Origin: an uncultured bacterium
Lineage (GTDB): Bacteria; Verrucomicrobiota; Verrucomicrobiia; Limisphaerales; UBA8199
Assembly (NCBI GenBank): GCA_963749495.1
Contig: CAVVMW010000001.1
Location: 160,001-224,000, forward strand
DNA: 64,000 bases
Reading direction: 5' to 3'
Shown piece after piece: positions 32,427-44,387 of the stretch. Within the stretch, counting starts at the first letter, position 1, and every line of letters starts with the position of its first letter. The notes beneath the pieces are model-generated. The model saw only the letters and a program-made list of their open reading frames with translations. It did no database searches and was not told where the DNA came from. Position numbers and translations under genes: made by a program.

Positions 32427-34096
32427 TGTTGCGCTGCTTTGAGCGACGCATCATTGAAGCTCTCGATACGCGCCTTGAGTTTCGAAAGGGCTTCAGGCCC
32501 GTTGTCCGGGCATTCCAGGCAGAAGAGGCTTGGGTGGAGGCCCAGGCGGCGGACTTCGAGCAGGAAGGCCGGGACCGGGTCGGGGCGGGCGGGGTCCTGC
32601 AAGGCGGGCAACTCGACGGCGATCAATCGGTCCTTCAACGCCCGCAGGGCGAGGGCCGGATCGATGCCGGTGCGGAGCCAATCGTCGAGGCGCGCGGCGG
32701 CGCCCAGGCGCGGGCTGCGGTGGCGGCAGGCCTCCAGCACGGCCTCGGACCTGGCATAATGCGGGGCGGACTTCGCTCCGCAGTCGTGCAAGGCCAGCTT
32801 GATGTCGTATTCGTCACAGAGCCTCTCGACCATATCGAGGTCCTTGGGCTCGGGTTCAGAGATGAAGACCTCGATGCCCATTCTCCGAGCGAACTCGAAC
32901 CATGTGCGGCAGCCGGCCTCGTCGGCCGGGAAATCCGTGATATGGCAGGTCAGCAGGCGCAGGCCGGCTGGGGCCAATTTCAGGCGGACGGTTTCCAGGT
33001 CGGAGTCAGAGAGCAGCGGACCCAGTTCCTTGGGGATGTCCCGGCTGACCTGTTGGCCGGCGGAGGCGCCGACGCAGCCGAGGCCGAGTCGGGCGGCGGC
33101 ATCAATGGCCTGGAAGAGGGTGGACTTGGCCGCTGGCCGGAAGGCGAGGGCCAGCCGCCAGCCCAGTTGCTCCTGGGCGCGCACGGCAGGGGTCAGCCTG
33201 GCGCTGGGCGTAGTGGGCGCGGGCAAATCACCAAGGGCGAACTGAAGAGCGCCAAGGTAGAACTCGAGCATTTTGGCGTCCCAGAAGACCCGCGGGTTAT
33301 GAGCAATAGTACAGTAGAAGATGCGGCCGCGGCCGTAATTCCCTATCCAGGCCAGGGCATAATCGTTGTCGGCGCGGAAGCAGTCGCCCCGGGGCTGTCC
33401 CGCATTGACGTCCGTGCGCGCCGTATCGATGCTCAGCAACACCCGGAGCCGGTTGCGGGAATAGGGGTCGTGTACACGGAAGAACTCATCGCGATAGTCA
33501 AAGCCCTGGCCGCCGAAAACGCGCGTGAGCGGGTGATCGGGTTCTTCGACTCTGAGCCAGACGTGCTCGTCGCTGTCCTTGTGGTTGGCCCCGCGGGCGC
33601 CGATGAGGAACCCGAACTCCGGCCAGTCCTCGATTGCCCCCGGCCAGCGCGTGAAGGCCACGGTAGTGCCGTGTACGCCCAGCAACCCGCCGCCGCCCAT
33701 AACAAAGTCGGCGAGATTCTGTCGCCATTGCCGATTCGTGAAGCAGTTGCCCACGGTGTTATTGAAGAAGACTGCATCGAATTGTCTCAGGCTCTCGCGC
33801 TCAAAGACCGCCGGGTCGTCGCTCACCGTGGTCTGGAAGGCGCCGGTCTTGAGGCCCATCCGGGTGAAGGCCTCGTTGGCGTATGCGATCGAGGGGTGCC
33901 CCCCGTAGCCGACGTTGAGGGTGAAGATGAGCAACCGGCGCGGCCTGGCAGGGTGAGCGGGCGCCTGGCTGGGCAGGGCCTGCTCGATGCGAGCCACGTC
34001 CTCAGCATTCTTGACAAAAACCTCGGCGCCGCCCGCCGCCCCACCTACAACCAGCGCGGCCGCCAAAACCAGAGAATGAACTCTGCCGGGTTTCAT
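32423..34096 (-). CDS. ThuA-like domain fused to a sugar-phosphate isomerase/epimerase TIM barrel
   Basis: FDAVFFNNT, GGGLLGVHG, YGRGRIFYCTIAHN, then a degenerate AP2/xylose-isomerase-like domain (FEFARRMGIE..SEP, YDIKLALH). Confidence 0.8.
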   Translation of the reverse strand: MKPGRVHSLVLAAALVVGGAAGGAEVFVKNAEDVARIEQALPSQAPAHPARPRRLLIFTLNVGYGGHPSIAYANEAFTRMGLKTGAFQTTVSDDPAVFERESLRQFDAVFFNNTVGNCFTNRQWRQNLADFVMGGGGLLGVHGTTVAFTRWPGAIEDWPEFGFLIGARGANHKDSDEHVWLRVEEPDHPLTRVFGGQGFDYRDEFFRVHDPYSRNRLRVLLSIDTARTDVNAGQPRGDCFRADNDYALAWIGNYGRGRIFYCTIAHNPRVFWDAKMLEFYLGALQFALGDLPAPTTPSARLTPAVRAQEQLGWRLALAFRPAAKSTLFQAIDAAARLGLGCVGASAGQQVSRDIPKELGPLLSDSDLETVRLKLAPAGLRLLTCHITDFPADEAGCRTWFEFARRMGIEVFISEPEPKDLDMVERLCDEYDIKLALHDCGAKSAPHYARSEAVLEACRHRSPRLGAAARLDDWLRTGIDPALALRALKDRLIAVELPALQDPARPDPVPAFLLEVRRLGLHPSLFCLECPDNGPEALSKLKARIESFNDASLKAAQQ

Positions 34097-34300
34097 GGCT
34101 CGAATTCCGCCCTCCGCTCCGGATCTGAAATCCATGATTTGGAATTTGAGGGAGGAAAGGGACATAAGCGACATAAGGGACATAAGGGACTCTCCTGCTC
34201 CGCATCTGAAGTTTGTGATTTGAGATTTGAGATCTGGCATTCGTCATTCGTCATTCGTCATTCGTGGACTGTGGACTGTGGACTGTGGACTGTGGACTCA

Positions 34301-35771
34301 TCACGCCCTCCACGGCGCCCGCATCGCCCGGGACAACAACCGATTGGCGGCATCGTCATTGGCGAACTGCTCCCTGGCCGGGTCCCACTTGAGGGAGCGT
34401 CCGAGCCAGCAGGCGATGTTGGCCAGGTGGCCCAGGGAAGCGGAGCGGTGGCCGATCTCCTCGTCGGCGCTGGGCGCCTGGCGCGTGTGGAGGCACTCCA
34501 GCCAGTTGGCGTGGTGGGTGTTCGAGCCTATGTTGACCTCCGGCGTTCGCTTCAGGCCCATCTCGTCGAAGAGCGTTTCGGGTTCTCCTTCGAGCTGGCC
34601 GCCGGCGGACATGGTCGTGAGCCAGCCGCGTTCTCCCACGAAGACACCGCCGAAGTTGCCCGCGAGGCGCGCGGCCGGGGGCACCGCGTGATAAACGTCC
34701 TTGACCACGCCCCAGTGATCCACAAAGTGCAGCAGCGTCCCGTTCTGGTATTTGCAGGTGAGCGTGGGATAATTGCCGGCAGCCGGGTGAATGACCTCGA
34801 CCGGGCCGCTGCGCTCACAGCCGAGCGCCCACTGGATCACGTCCGCCGCGTGGGAGAGGAACCAGGTCGAGGAGGTCACCCCAAAGGCCTCGCAGAACGA
34901 CCAGGGCACCACGCCCGGAGAGGGGTTGATGTGGTAGAGACGGTTGTAAGGGCGCCAGGGGGCCGGACCCACCCATAGGTCCCAGTCCAATCCCTCGGGC
35001 ACTGGTTCTGCCGGGAGGGCAAAATCCATCGGCACATACGCCCGGCCGCAGCGGTCCAGGTCCAGCACCGGCGCATAGGGTTTGAACCGCTCGGCGCCCA
35101 TGAAGCTGGAGAGCGGTTCGTAAGGCGTGAAGACCGCCTTGACCCGGCCGAGCCGTCCCTCGCGGATGAACTGGCACACCTTCCGGATGGCGGGGATGGA
35201 ACGGTACCTGCGTGCCGGTTTGGAAGACCCGCCCGTAGCGGCGCATGGTTTGCGCCAGGCGCCGCCCTTCCCGGAGTGTCACCGAGAGCGGCTTCTCGCA
35301 GTAAACGTCCTTGCCCGCCTTGGCGGCCTCGATGGATTGCAGGCTGTGCCAGTGGTCGGGCGTGACAATCACGACGGCATCGATGTCGGGCCGCGCGAGG
35401 ACCTCGCGGTAGTCATTAGAGGCGGCGCAGCCGCGGTAACTGCCGGCGGGCCGCGTCGCCGCATAGATCGCGTCGACCGCGCTCCGGCCCGCCTCGCGCC
35501 GGGTGCGGTCCACATCGCACACGGCCAGCACCTCGAACGCGCGGTCATACGCCAGGCGGTGCAGATGGCCGCCGCCCATGGCGCCCTTGCCGATGATGCC
35601 GACGTTGACCCGGCTGCTGGGAGGCACGGTGCCATCAGCCCCAAGCACCGTGAGCGGCGCCAACTGCGGCAAGGCCGCCAGCCCGGCAGCAGCCGCGGTT
35701 TGACGGAGAAACGCCCGGCGGCTGACCCCTGCCACCTCGGGGCGAACGGAACGGCGGCGCTGGCTATTCAT
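34301..35771 (-). CDS. Tat-exported Gfo/Idh/MocA oxidoreductase; frameshift near 35200
   Basis: SRRAFL, VTPDHWH, DVYCEKP, LDWDLWVGPAP, HHANWLEC. Confidence 0.9.
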
Positions 35772-36307
35772 TGGATAGAATCAATGTGAAAGTTGCCGCT
35801 CACAGGCGTAGCACGGCCAGGCGCAGCGGGTCAAGGACCGTTCGGTCGAGAAGCCCGGGCAGGGGCGTAGGACAAGAATCTGCACAAAAGGGATTTTGCT
35901 TGGCTTTCGTCACGAGAATTGGCTAGCCTATAAGGATCCCCCGAACGAATTCGCGCTTTGCGCCCCTGAACCTCGACACTGCGTCCCCGTCCCGCGTAGC
36001 GTTTTGGACTGCCGCAGTCCAAAACCTTCGGACTTGGTGTCGGTTCATGCGGAGGGCGCCACAACCCTCTGGCGCCCTCAGGGCGCGTGGCCCAGGTTTG
36101 TGGCGAAACCCCAGGGCATCGGCCTGACGGCCTCAGCCCTGGCTAAATTCCGGCGGCCCGTTGGGCCGCGAGGCAGAGCAGGAAAGGCGGCTCATTCTCT
36201 CTTCACTTTTCCGGGGCCCCTTCATGAATCTGTCAGCAGCGCCTTCGCCCGCTGGCGCATCCCCTTTTTTCCTTTATTCCCTGCCCTGGCGCCATTACGG
36301 TACGGGC

Positions 36308-37732
36308 GTGCCATCTCCAGTAATCAGCATAGCCCAGATGCGGGATTGGGAGCAGGCCACGTGGGCGGCGGGCCAGACGGAGTCGGAGGTCATTCGCCGG
36401 GTGGGCCGGTGCGTGGGGCGGGCGGCGCTGAGGCTGACCCAGCCCAAGGACCTGGTGCTGTTAGTGGCGGGCAAGGGCCATAACGGGGAGGATGCGCGGT
36501 GCGCTCGGGAGCACCTGGCGCAGCGGCGGGTGGAGACGCTGGATGTAACGGACCCTGCGGCGGACCTGCCGCGGTTGGAGGCGCTGCTCGCGCTGCGGCC
36601 GGCGCTGATTGTCGACGGGCTGTTCGGCATCGGGCTGGACCGGCCGCTGAGCGCGGAGTGGGTGCGTTTGGTGGAGCGGGTGAACGAGGCCGGGACGGCT
36701 GTCCTGGCGGTGGATGTCCCGTCGGGTCTGCACGCCGACACCGGAGAGCCACAGGGCGCGGCCATCCGCGCCGCGCTCACGCTGACGGTGGGCGCCCCCA
36801 AGGCCGGGTTGCTCCGCAGCGCGGCCTGGCCGTACGTGGGGCGGCTCGAGGTGGCGTCGGACGTCGGGCTGGTCCCTTGCCCGTTGTCGAGCGAGCTGTG
36901 GTGGACACTGCCGGAGGATTTTGCCGGCTTTCCCGCCCGGCGCCAGGCAGCCACACATAAGGGCAGCTACGGTCATGTTGGCATTATGGCGGGCAGCCTG
37001 GGCTACCATGGCGCGGCGGTGCTGGCGGCGCGCGGGGCGCAGCGGGCCCAGCCCGGCCTCATCACGCTCTATACCCTGGAGGCGATCTATCACGCCTGCG
37101 CCGCCCAACTGCAGGCGGTCATGGTCTCGCCCTGGGAGCCGGCGGGCAAACTGCCCGGCTCGCACACCGCGGCGCTGCTGGGGCCCGGCCTGGCCGCCGC
37201 CGGCCTGGCTGAGCAGATGAAACTGGTGGCGCGCAATTTGTGGCGTGACCCCGCGCTGCCGCTGGTCGTGGATGCCAGCGCCCTGGACTGGCTGGCCCTG
37301 GACGCCGTGGACCGCAATGCCCTGCGTGTGGTCACTCCGCACCCGGGTGAGGCCGGCCGGCTGCTGCGCTGGTCCGCTCAGCAGGTCCAGGCCAACCGCC
37401 TGGCCGCAGTGCGCGAGATCTCCAAACGGCTCGGAAACACTTGGGTCGTCCTCAAAGGCCACCAGACCTTCATCGGCCGCAGCAGCGGCCAGGTCTTTGT
37501 CAACTCCTCGGGCAACCCCTTTCTGGCCCAGGGCGGGAGCGGCAACGTGCTGGCCGGCTATATGGCCGGCCTGCTCGCCCAACCCGACCTCCAAGAGGAC
37601 CCGCTCAAGACGCTCCGTTATGCCGTCTGGCAACACGGCGCCGCCGCCGATTGCCTCCTGGCCTCGCGCCCCAATTGGGTTGTCGAGGAGCTGTTGGGCG
37701 AACTGGGGCGGCAGAGGGCCAGTGCGGAATGA
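36308..37732 (+). CDS. nnr: Bifunctional NAD(P)H-hydrate epimerase/dehydratase (YjeF/Nnr)
   Basis: GKGHNGED, DGLFGIG, AVDVPSG, HKGSYG, TPHPGE, GGSGNVLAG. Confidence 0.92.
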   Translation: MPSPVISIAQMRDWEQATWAAGQTESEVIRRVGRCVGRAALRLTQPKDLVLLVAGKGHNGEDARCAREHLAQRRVETLDVTDPAADLPRLEALLALRPALIVDGLFGIGLDRPLSAEWVRLVERVNEAGTAVLAVDVPSGLHADTGEPQGAAIRAALTLTVGAPKAGLLRSAAWPYVGRLEVASDVGLVPCPLSSELWWTLPEDFAGFPARRQAATHKGSYGHVGIMAGSLGYHGAAVLAARGAQRAQPGLITLYTLEAIYHACAAQLQAVMVSPWEPAGKLPGSHTAALLGPGLAAAGLAEQMKLVARNLWRDPALPLVVDASALDWLALDAVDRNALRVVTPHPGEAGRLLRWSAQQVQANRLAAVREISKRLGNTWVVLKGHQTFIGRSSGQVFVNSSGNPFLAQGGSGNVLAGYMAGLLAQPDLQEDPLKTLRYAVWQHGAAADCLLASRPNWVVEELLGELGRQRASAE

Positions 37733-37819
37733 CGAATGACGAATGACGAACCGGCAAGGGGGCGCATCTCATCTTTGTCGAGCCCGGCCGAACCGAGCGA
37801 TGGGAGCGCACGTCCGAAC

Positions 37820-37917
37820 TCGCGAAGCGTTTTGGACTGCGGCAGTCCTCTGCCGCTTTTTGGACCCTGGGGACGCGAAAGCGCCAGAGGACTGGCGCAG
37901 TCCAAAACCTTGCGGGC
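37820..37917. repeat. REP family gttttggactgcggcagtcc / ggactgccgcagtccaaaac
   Basis: Near-identical copy at 55038-55137; collapsed copy at 36000-36026. Confidence 0.85.
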
Positions 37918-38043
37918 TTCCCGACGCCGCGCTCCAATTGCATGGCTTGCCGAGGGCCCACAACGGCGGGATGCGCCCCCGCCGATTCAGCAGCCCTGAT
38001 TTTTCTTTCTTTGGAAGGGGCGATTTGGTATCGAGAGGTCATT

Positions 38044-39048
38044 GTGAGCAGACTCAGTTTCATCGTCGGTTTATTGGTTTGCGGGCTGCTGGCTGGGATA
38101 GCCCGCGCGGATACGTACAAACTGGCCAACGGCCAGGACCTGGTTGGGGAAATCCTCTCCAGCTCCGCCAATGACCAGGGAGTGCAGGTCAAGATCGGAG
38201 AGGGCGAATACAAACAGGTGCCCTGGGCGAGTTTTTCACAGGATGATTTGAAGCGGTTCCTCAGGAACCCCAAATTCGAGCCGTTCGTCGAGCCGTTGAT
38301 CGAGGTCTCTCCCCAGGAGAAGCGGCAGAGAACCGAGGTCACGCTCAAGCAGCCGCCCCGGCTGGAGCACCCCGCCAAGGGCTCTCTGCCCGGCGCCCTC
38401 TTTTCCTCCGGCCTTGGCGTGTTGGTCCTGCTGCTCCTCTACGCGGCCAATATCTATGCGGGCTTCGAGATAGCCATTTTCCGCGCCCAACCGCTGGGAT
38501 TGGTCTGCGGGGCCGCCGCCGTGCTGCCCATCATAGGCCCTGTCATTTTCCTGTCCATGCCCAGGCGGCTGCAGCCCTCGGCCGAAGTCATGCCCGGCCC
38601 CGGAGGCGCCCCCGAGGGCGCACCCGCCGGGACGCTTGCCGCAGCGGGGGCGGCGGCCGCAACCGCCGGGGCGGCCGAGGACGACCTCAACCCGATGCGG
38701 GCCGACGGCGCCACGCACCCGACGGCGCTCAAACTGGCGCACAGCGGGAGCGAGCAAAAGGCCTCGCTGCCGCCGGCCACGACCTTCCAGCGCGGCCAAT
38801 TCACCTTCAACCGCCGCTTTTTCGAGACCAAGTTCGCCGGTTTCTTCAGCGTGGTCCGCCGGGATGCGGATAAGGACATGGTCCTGGTCGTCAAGGCGGC
38901 GCGGGGTGAATATGTGGCCCAGCGGATCAGCCGGATTGCCGCCAACGACTTGCACTTGCTGGTCCAGCGCGGCCCTGCCTCCGAGGAGGTCATGGTCCCT
39001 TTCCAGGAGATCCAGCAGATCCAACTGCGGCACAAGGACGCCAAGTAG
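38044..39048 (+). CDS. Hypothetical membrane protein
   Basis: Signal peptide, two TM helices, C-terminal TFNRRFFETKF domain. Confidence 0.7.
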   Translation: MSRLSFIVGLLVCGLLAGIARADTYKLANGQDLVGEILSSSANDQGVQVKIGEGEYKQVPWASFSQDDLKRFLRNPKFEPFVEPLIEVSPQEKRQRTEVTLKQPPRLEHPAKGSLPGALFSSGLGVLVLLLLYAANIYAGFEIAIFRAQPLGLVCGAAAVLPIIGPVIFLSMPRRLQPSAEVMPGPGGAPEGAPAGTLAAAGAAAATAGAAEDDLNPMRADGATHPTALKLAHSGSEQKASLPPATTFQRGQFTFNRRFFETKFAGFFSVVRRDADKDMVLVVKAARGEYVAQRISRIAANDLHLLVQRGPASEEVMVPFQEIQQIQLRHKDAK

Positions 39049-39055
39049 GGCAGCG

Positions 39056-39322
39056 ATGATGCAGCAATTCGGCGAGTTCATTGCCAGCGAGCTTTACTGT
39101 CCCAAGTGCCGGGTGGCGCAGCCGGTGCGGGAGCGGTTGCTGCTGGTGCTGCCCACGGGGGAGCTGCACGAGTTGCTCTGTTCCAGGTGCGGCTCCTCGC
39201 TGGGCAAGCGCACGGTGACGGGCCCGGCGGTTGCGGCCAGGGCCCCGGCGCCAATCGAGCCCGAAACGCCCGCCAGCCTCGAGGCGGAGGCTGCTGCGCT
39301 GAGAGGAAATATCACATTGTGA
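39056..39322 (+). CDS. Small zinc-ribbon protein
   Basis: LYCPKC...VRERLLLVLP.G...CSRCG. Confidence 0.75.
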   Translation: MMQQFGEFIASELYCPKCRVAQPVRERLLLVLPTGELHELLCSRCGSSLGKRTVTGPAVAARAPAPIEPETPASLEAEAAALRGNITL

Positions 39323-39703
39323 GTTGACTTTAGAGGCAATGAGCCAGCTTCCGTATTGTGCCTCGCGGCCCAACGGGTCGCCAGAACCTAGCCCAGGGCT
39401 GAGGCCGGCAGGCCGATGCCCTGGGGTTGGGCCACCGAACCGGGCTGGGCGCCCTGAAGGGGCGCCAGAGCTCTGTGGCGCCCCTTCAGGGCGCGCCGGA
39501 TCGTGCTCGGGCCTGTCTCCCAGGGCATCGGCCTGGCGGCCTCAGCCCTGGGGTGGGTTCTGCCGGCCCTTTGGGCCGGAGATTGGGGCTCACCGGACGA
39601 CCGGGACAAGCCGACCCTTGCGTATGAAGTCAAGCGCCAGTCAATCAGCAATGGCACATTTATTCTGCACACCCGCGTAGGACCCCGGGCTCCCGATCCC
39701 GAC

Positions 39704-40700
39704 ATGGCTGACACGTCCGACAGGTCCGGCACGTCTGCGCTGCGAATCATCTTCATGGGCACGGCGGGGTTGTCCTGCGTCAGCCTGGAGGCGCTGGCCG
39801 ACACGCCCGGGTTCCAGGTTGTGGGGGTGGTCACACAGCCGGACCGGCCCAAGGGGCGGGAGTTGAGGGTGCAGCCCTCTCCGGTCAAGGCCCTGGCGCT
39901 CCAGAGGGGCCTGCCGGTGCTGCAGCCGGAACGGGCGCGCGACCCCGCCTTCGCAGCCCAACTGGAGGGCCTGCGGCCCGACTTGATCGCCGTCGCGGCG
40001 TTCGGCCAGATCCTGGCGCAGTCGATCCTGGACTTGCCGCGGTTGGGCTGCCTGAACGTCCACACCTCCCTGCTCCCCAAGTACCGAGGCGCCGCTCCCA
40101 TCCAATGGGCCATCCTCAACGGCGACTCCGAGACCGGAGTCACAATCATGGAGATGGACGCCGGCCTGGACACGGGCTCGATCCTGACTCAGGAAGCGAC
40201 TCCCATTCGCCCCGAGGATGACGCCCAGGTACTCTACGACCGATTGGCCGCCATGGGGGCCAGGCTCCTGGCGCAGACCATCCCGGGTTACGCCGCCGGG
40301 GCTATCCGCCCCAGGCCCCAACCCAAAGGCCGGCGTGAGTTATGCGCCCAAGATCAAGAAGCAGGATGGGGAGATCGCCTGGAGCGAGCCGGCCCAGGCG
40401 ATCTGGAATCGCGTCCGCGGGCTGGTCCCCTGGCCGGGCGCCTTCACGTTCCTTGCCGGCGGGCCGCAAGCTCCGCCTCAACTGCTCAAGGTCTGGCGGG
40501 CGGAAGTCGCCGATGGGTCAGGCCCCCCGGGTGAGGTCCTGCGGGCCGACAAGGCCGGCATCGTCGTCGGGTGCGGCAGCCGGGCCCTGCGCATCCTGGC
40601 CGTTCAGCGCGAGGGCGGCCGGCGCCTCAATGCGCAGGAGTTTCTGGCCGGACATCCCCTGCGGGCGGGGCAGAGACTCGGGGCGGGGCCCGGAGCCTGA
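39704..40700 (+). CDS. fmt: Methionyl-tRNA formyltransferase; frameshift near 40330
   Basis: IIFMGT, VTQPDRPKGR, NVHTSLLPKYRGAAPIQ, GLDTG, then YAPKIKK..G.I.W and PWPGA. Confidence 0.95.
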
Positions 40701-40917
40701 GAGCCTCCCGACTCCCACCCTCGGCCTCGCCCTGCTGGACTGGACTTCGGAGAACGGTCGTGTCTTTGTCGCAACCTTTGTCGCAACCTTTGTCGAAGCA
40801 TCGCCGATCCGACAAAGGTCTCGACAAAGGTTGCGGCAATGGTTGCCAAAGACACTCAAAGTCCTGTGCAGCACAGCCTGGCCCCTGACCCCTTGCCGGC
40901 GTGGGCGGCGGCTGTCA

Positions 40918-40984
40918 GACTGTGGACTGTGGACTGTGGACTGTGGACTGTGGACTGTGGACTGTGGACTCTGGACTCTGGACT
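40918..40984. repeat. 7-mer tandem array (gactgtg)7(gactctg)2
   Basis: Counted directly; the same unit occurs at 34266-34298 after a (tcattcg)n tract. Confidence 0.95.
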
Positions 40985-40988
40985 ACTC

Positions 40989-41477
40989 TCACCTCTTGCC
41001 GGCGTGGGCGGCGGACTCGCGCTGGCGTTTCTTGCGCTGGTGGCGGGCGACGATTCCCTTGGTGGTGAAGTAGGCGGCCAGGGAGAAGGGGGCGCAACTG
41101 ACGATCGCACCGGCCAGCAGCGGCTTGCCAACGGCGAGAAACGTCGCCCAATGGCGCCAGGTCTGCCAGCCCAACGAGATATGGCGCAGGCCCGGCCATT
41201 GCCCGTTGAGGATCCAGCAGCCGAGGTCATATTCGAACAAATAGACCGCCCACATGACCGGAAAGGCGATTTCATGAGCGGTTGCGGCGAGCACCGCCGC
41301 CAGGACATTGCTGCGAGTAATCCAGGCGCAGAAAATGGCCAGCGCCGTCTTGAGGCCGAACACGGGGGCAAAGCCAAAGAAGACGCCGATGGCAACGCCC
41401 GCGGCGATGGCCTCGGGGGTGTCGCGAATGGCCAGCAGTTTCAATGAATGCTCATGCATCCAACGGCGCACATTCAT
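40989..41477 (-). CDS. DUF2062 family membrane protein
   Basis: DTPEAIAAGVAIGVFFGFAP motif. Confidence 0.88.
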   Translation of the reverse strand: MNVRRWMHEHSLKLLAIRDTPEAIAAGVAIGVFFGFAPVFGLKTALAIFCAWITRSNVLAAVLAATAHEIAFPVMWAVYLFEYDLGCWILNGQWPGLRHISLGWQTWRHWATFLAVGKPLLAGAIVSCAPFSLAAYFTTKGIVARHQRKKRQRESAAHAGKR

Positions 41478-41685
41478 AACTCACTTTATACCGCGCACTC
41501 GCGGAAAGGTTAAGCTTTTATTTGGAGCCTTCCCAAGAGCCTGGCAAAGGAAAACTCCGCCGCAGCTTCTGTCAACACCTTTGTCGCATCGTCAGTGGGG
41601 AGGCTTCGGCTTGAGCGATACAAGGGACAAAAGCGACACAAGGGACAAAAGGGACAAAGCAACGCGCGCCTCCGGCCTTTAGCCT

Positions 41686-42450
41686 TTAGCCTTTAGCCTT
41701 TCGGTTAAACGCCACCGCCTCCGCATAGCGCACCCCGCTGCCGCCAAAGATATCCAGCGCCGAGCCGATGGTCAGGTCAACCCGCCCCTGCCCCAACCGC
41801 GTCACCGCTTCCAGGTCAGCCAGCGAACTGGCGCCGCCGGCGTACGTGGCGGGGATGGGCGACCATTGCCCCAGGCGCGCGACCAACTCGGAGTCAATGC
41901 CGCGGCACAGCCCCTCGACATCAACGGCATGCACCAGGAACTCGGCGCACCAGGCGGCCAGTCGGGAGAGGGTCCCCGCCCCGATAGCCACTTCGGTGAA
42001 CCTCTGCCACCGGTCGGTCACGACCCGGTACTCACTCCCGTGCCGCCGGCAGCTCAGGTCGAGCACCAGCCGCTCCTTGCCGATGGCCGCGGCCAGTTGC
42101 CTCAAGCGCTCCCAGTCCACGCGTCCCTCGCGGAAGACCCAGGAAGTCACGATGACGTGCGACGCTCCCGCTTCGAGCCAGGCCCGGGCGTTTTCCAGGT
42201 TCACGCCGCCGCCCACCTGCAGGCCGCCCGGGTACGCCCCCAGCGCCGAACGCGCCGCCGCCTCGTTGCCAGCCCCCAGCAGGATGACGTGCCCGCCTGC
42301 CAGACCGTCCTTCTGGTAGAGTCGCGCGTACCACGCCGCCGGCCGGTCGGAGACAAAATTCGTGCGCAGTTGTCCGGGCCCGGCGCCGAGGGTGCCGCCG
42401 ACGATCTGCTTGACTTTGCCTTGGTGCAGGTCAATGCACGGGCGAAACAT
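41686..42450 (-). CDS. hisA: ProFAR isomerase, eukaryotic His6-like type
   Basis: MFRPCIDLHQGKVKQIVGGTL, LVLDLSCR, EFLVHAVDVEG, DLTIGSALDIFGG. Confidence 0.92.
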   Translation of the reverse strand: MFRPCIDLHQGKVKQIVGGTLGAGPGQLRTNFVSDRPAAWYARLYQKDGLAGGHVILLGAGNEAAARSALGAYPGGLQVGGGVNLENARAWLEAGASHVIVTSWVFREGRVDWERLRQLAAAIGKERLVLDLSCRRHGSEYRVVTDRWQRFTEVAIGAGTLSRLAAWCAEFLVHAVDVEGLCRGIDSELVARLGQWSPIPATYAGGASSLADLEAVTRLGQGRVDLTIGSALDIFGGSGVRYAEAVAFNRKAKG

Positions 42451-42454
42451 GGGG

Positions 42455-43992
<1,538 letters not shown>

Positions 43993-43995
43993 CCG

Positions 43996-44197
43996 GTGAA
44001 GGCGGAGACGAAGTGCCGGGCGGACCCCTCACCCCGGCCCTCTCCCCTTCCAAAGGGGAGAGGGAGAAGCGTCGGCAGTCTCGGGAGTTTCCAGGCGTCT
44101 GCGCGTCCTCAAAGTGCCACCGAGAAGTCTCCCTCTCCCCTTCCGAAGGGGAGAGGGCCGGGGTGAGGGGTCTGCCCCCTGACGCTCCCGCTTTCAC
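43996..44197. repeat. cccctcacccc palindromic element (copy 2)
   Basis: Matches 11042-11240; terminal IR gtgaaggcggag / ctcccgctttcac. Confidence 0.85.
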
Positions 44198-44226
44198 TGA
44201 GCCCTACGCCATGAAGTGGAGTTAGC

Positions 44227-44353
44227 TTGACGAATGGGCGGGATTCCGTAGGATGTTAGTTATTGGCTGCTTCAGCGTCGTGGAACATGCGCATTTGCCG
44301 GCAACAGGGCGCAGTGGAACGCGCGGGCCTTGGCCCCCGCCGGCGCTGGAGCA
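44227..44353 (+). promoter_or_regulatory. Putative promoter plus structured leader RNA upstream of the CBS gene
   Basis: TTGACG-16 nt-TAGGAT; 13-bp stem 44268-44280 / 44341-44353 enclosing two hairpins. Confidence 0.45.
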
Positions 44354-44387
44354 CACACCCGCCAGTTGACACGGAGGAACGTCATTC

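Noticed and set aside
34097..34240. N-terminal extension of the ThuA ORF (SLMSLMSLMS)
   Set aside because: It is a translation of intergenic 7-mer and 9-mer repeats; the signal peptide begins at MKPGRVHS (34096).
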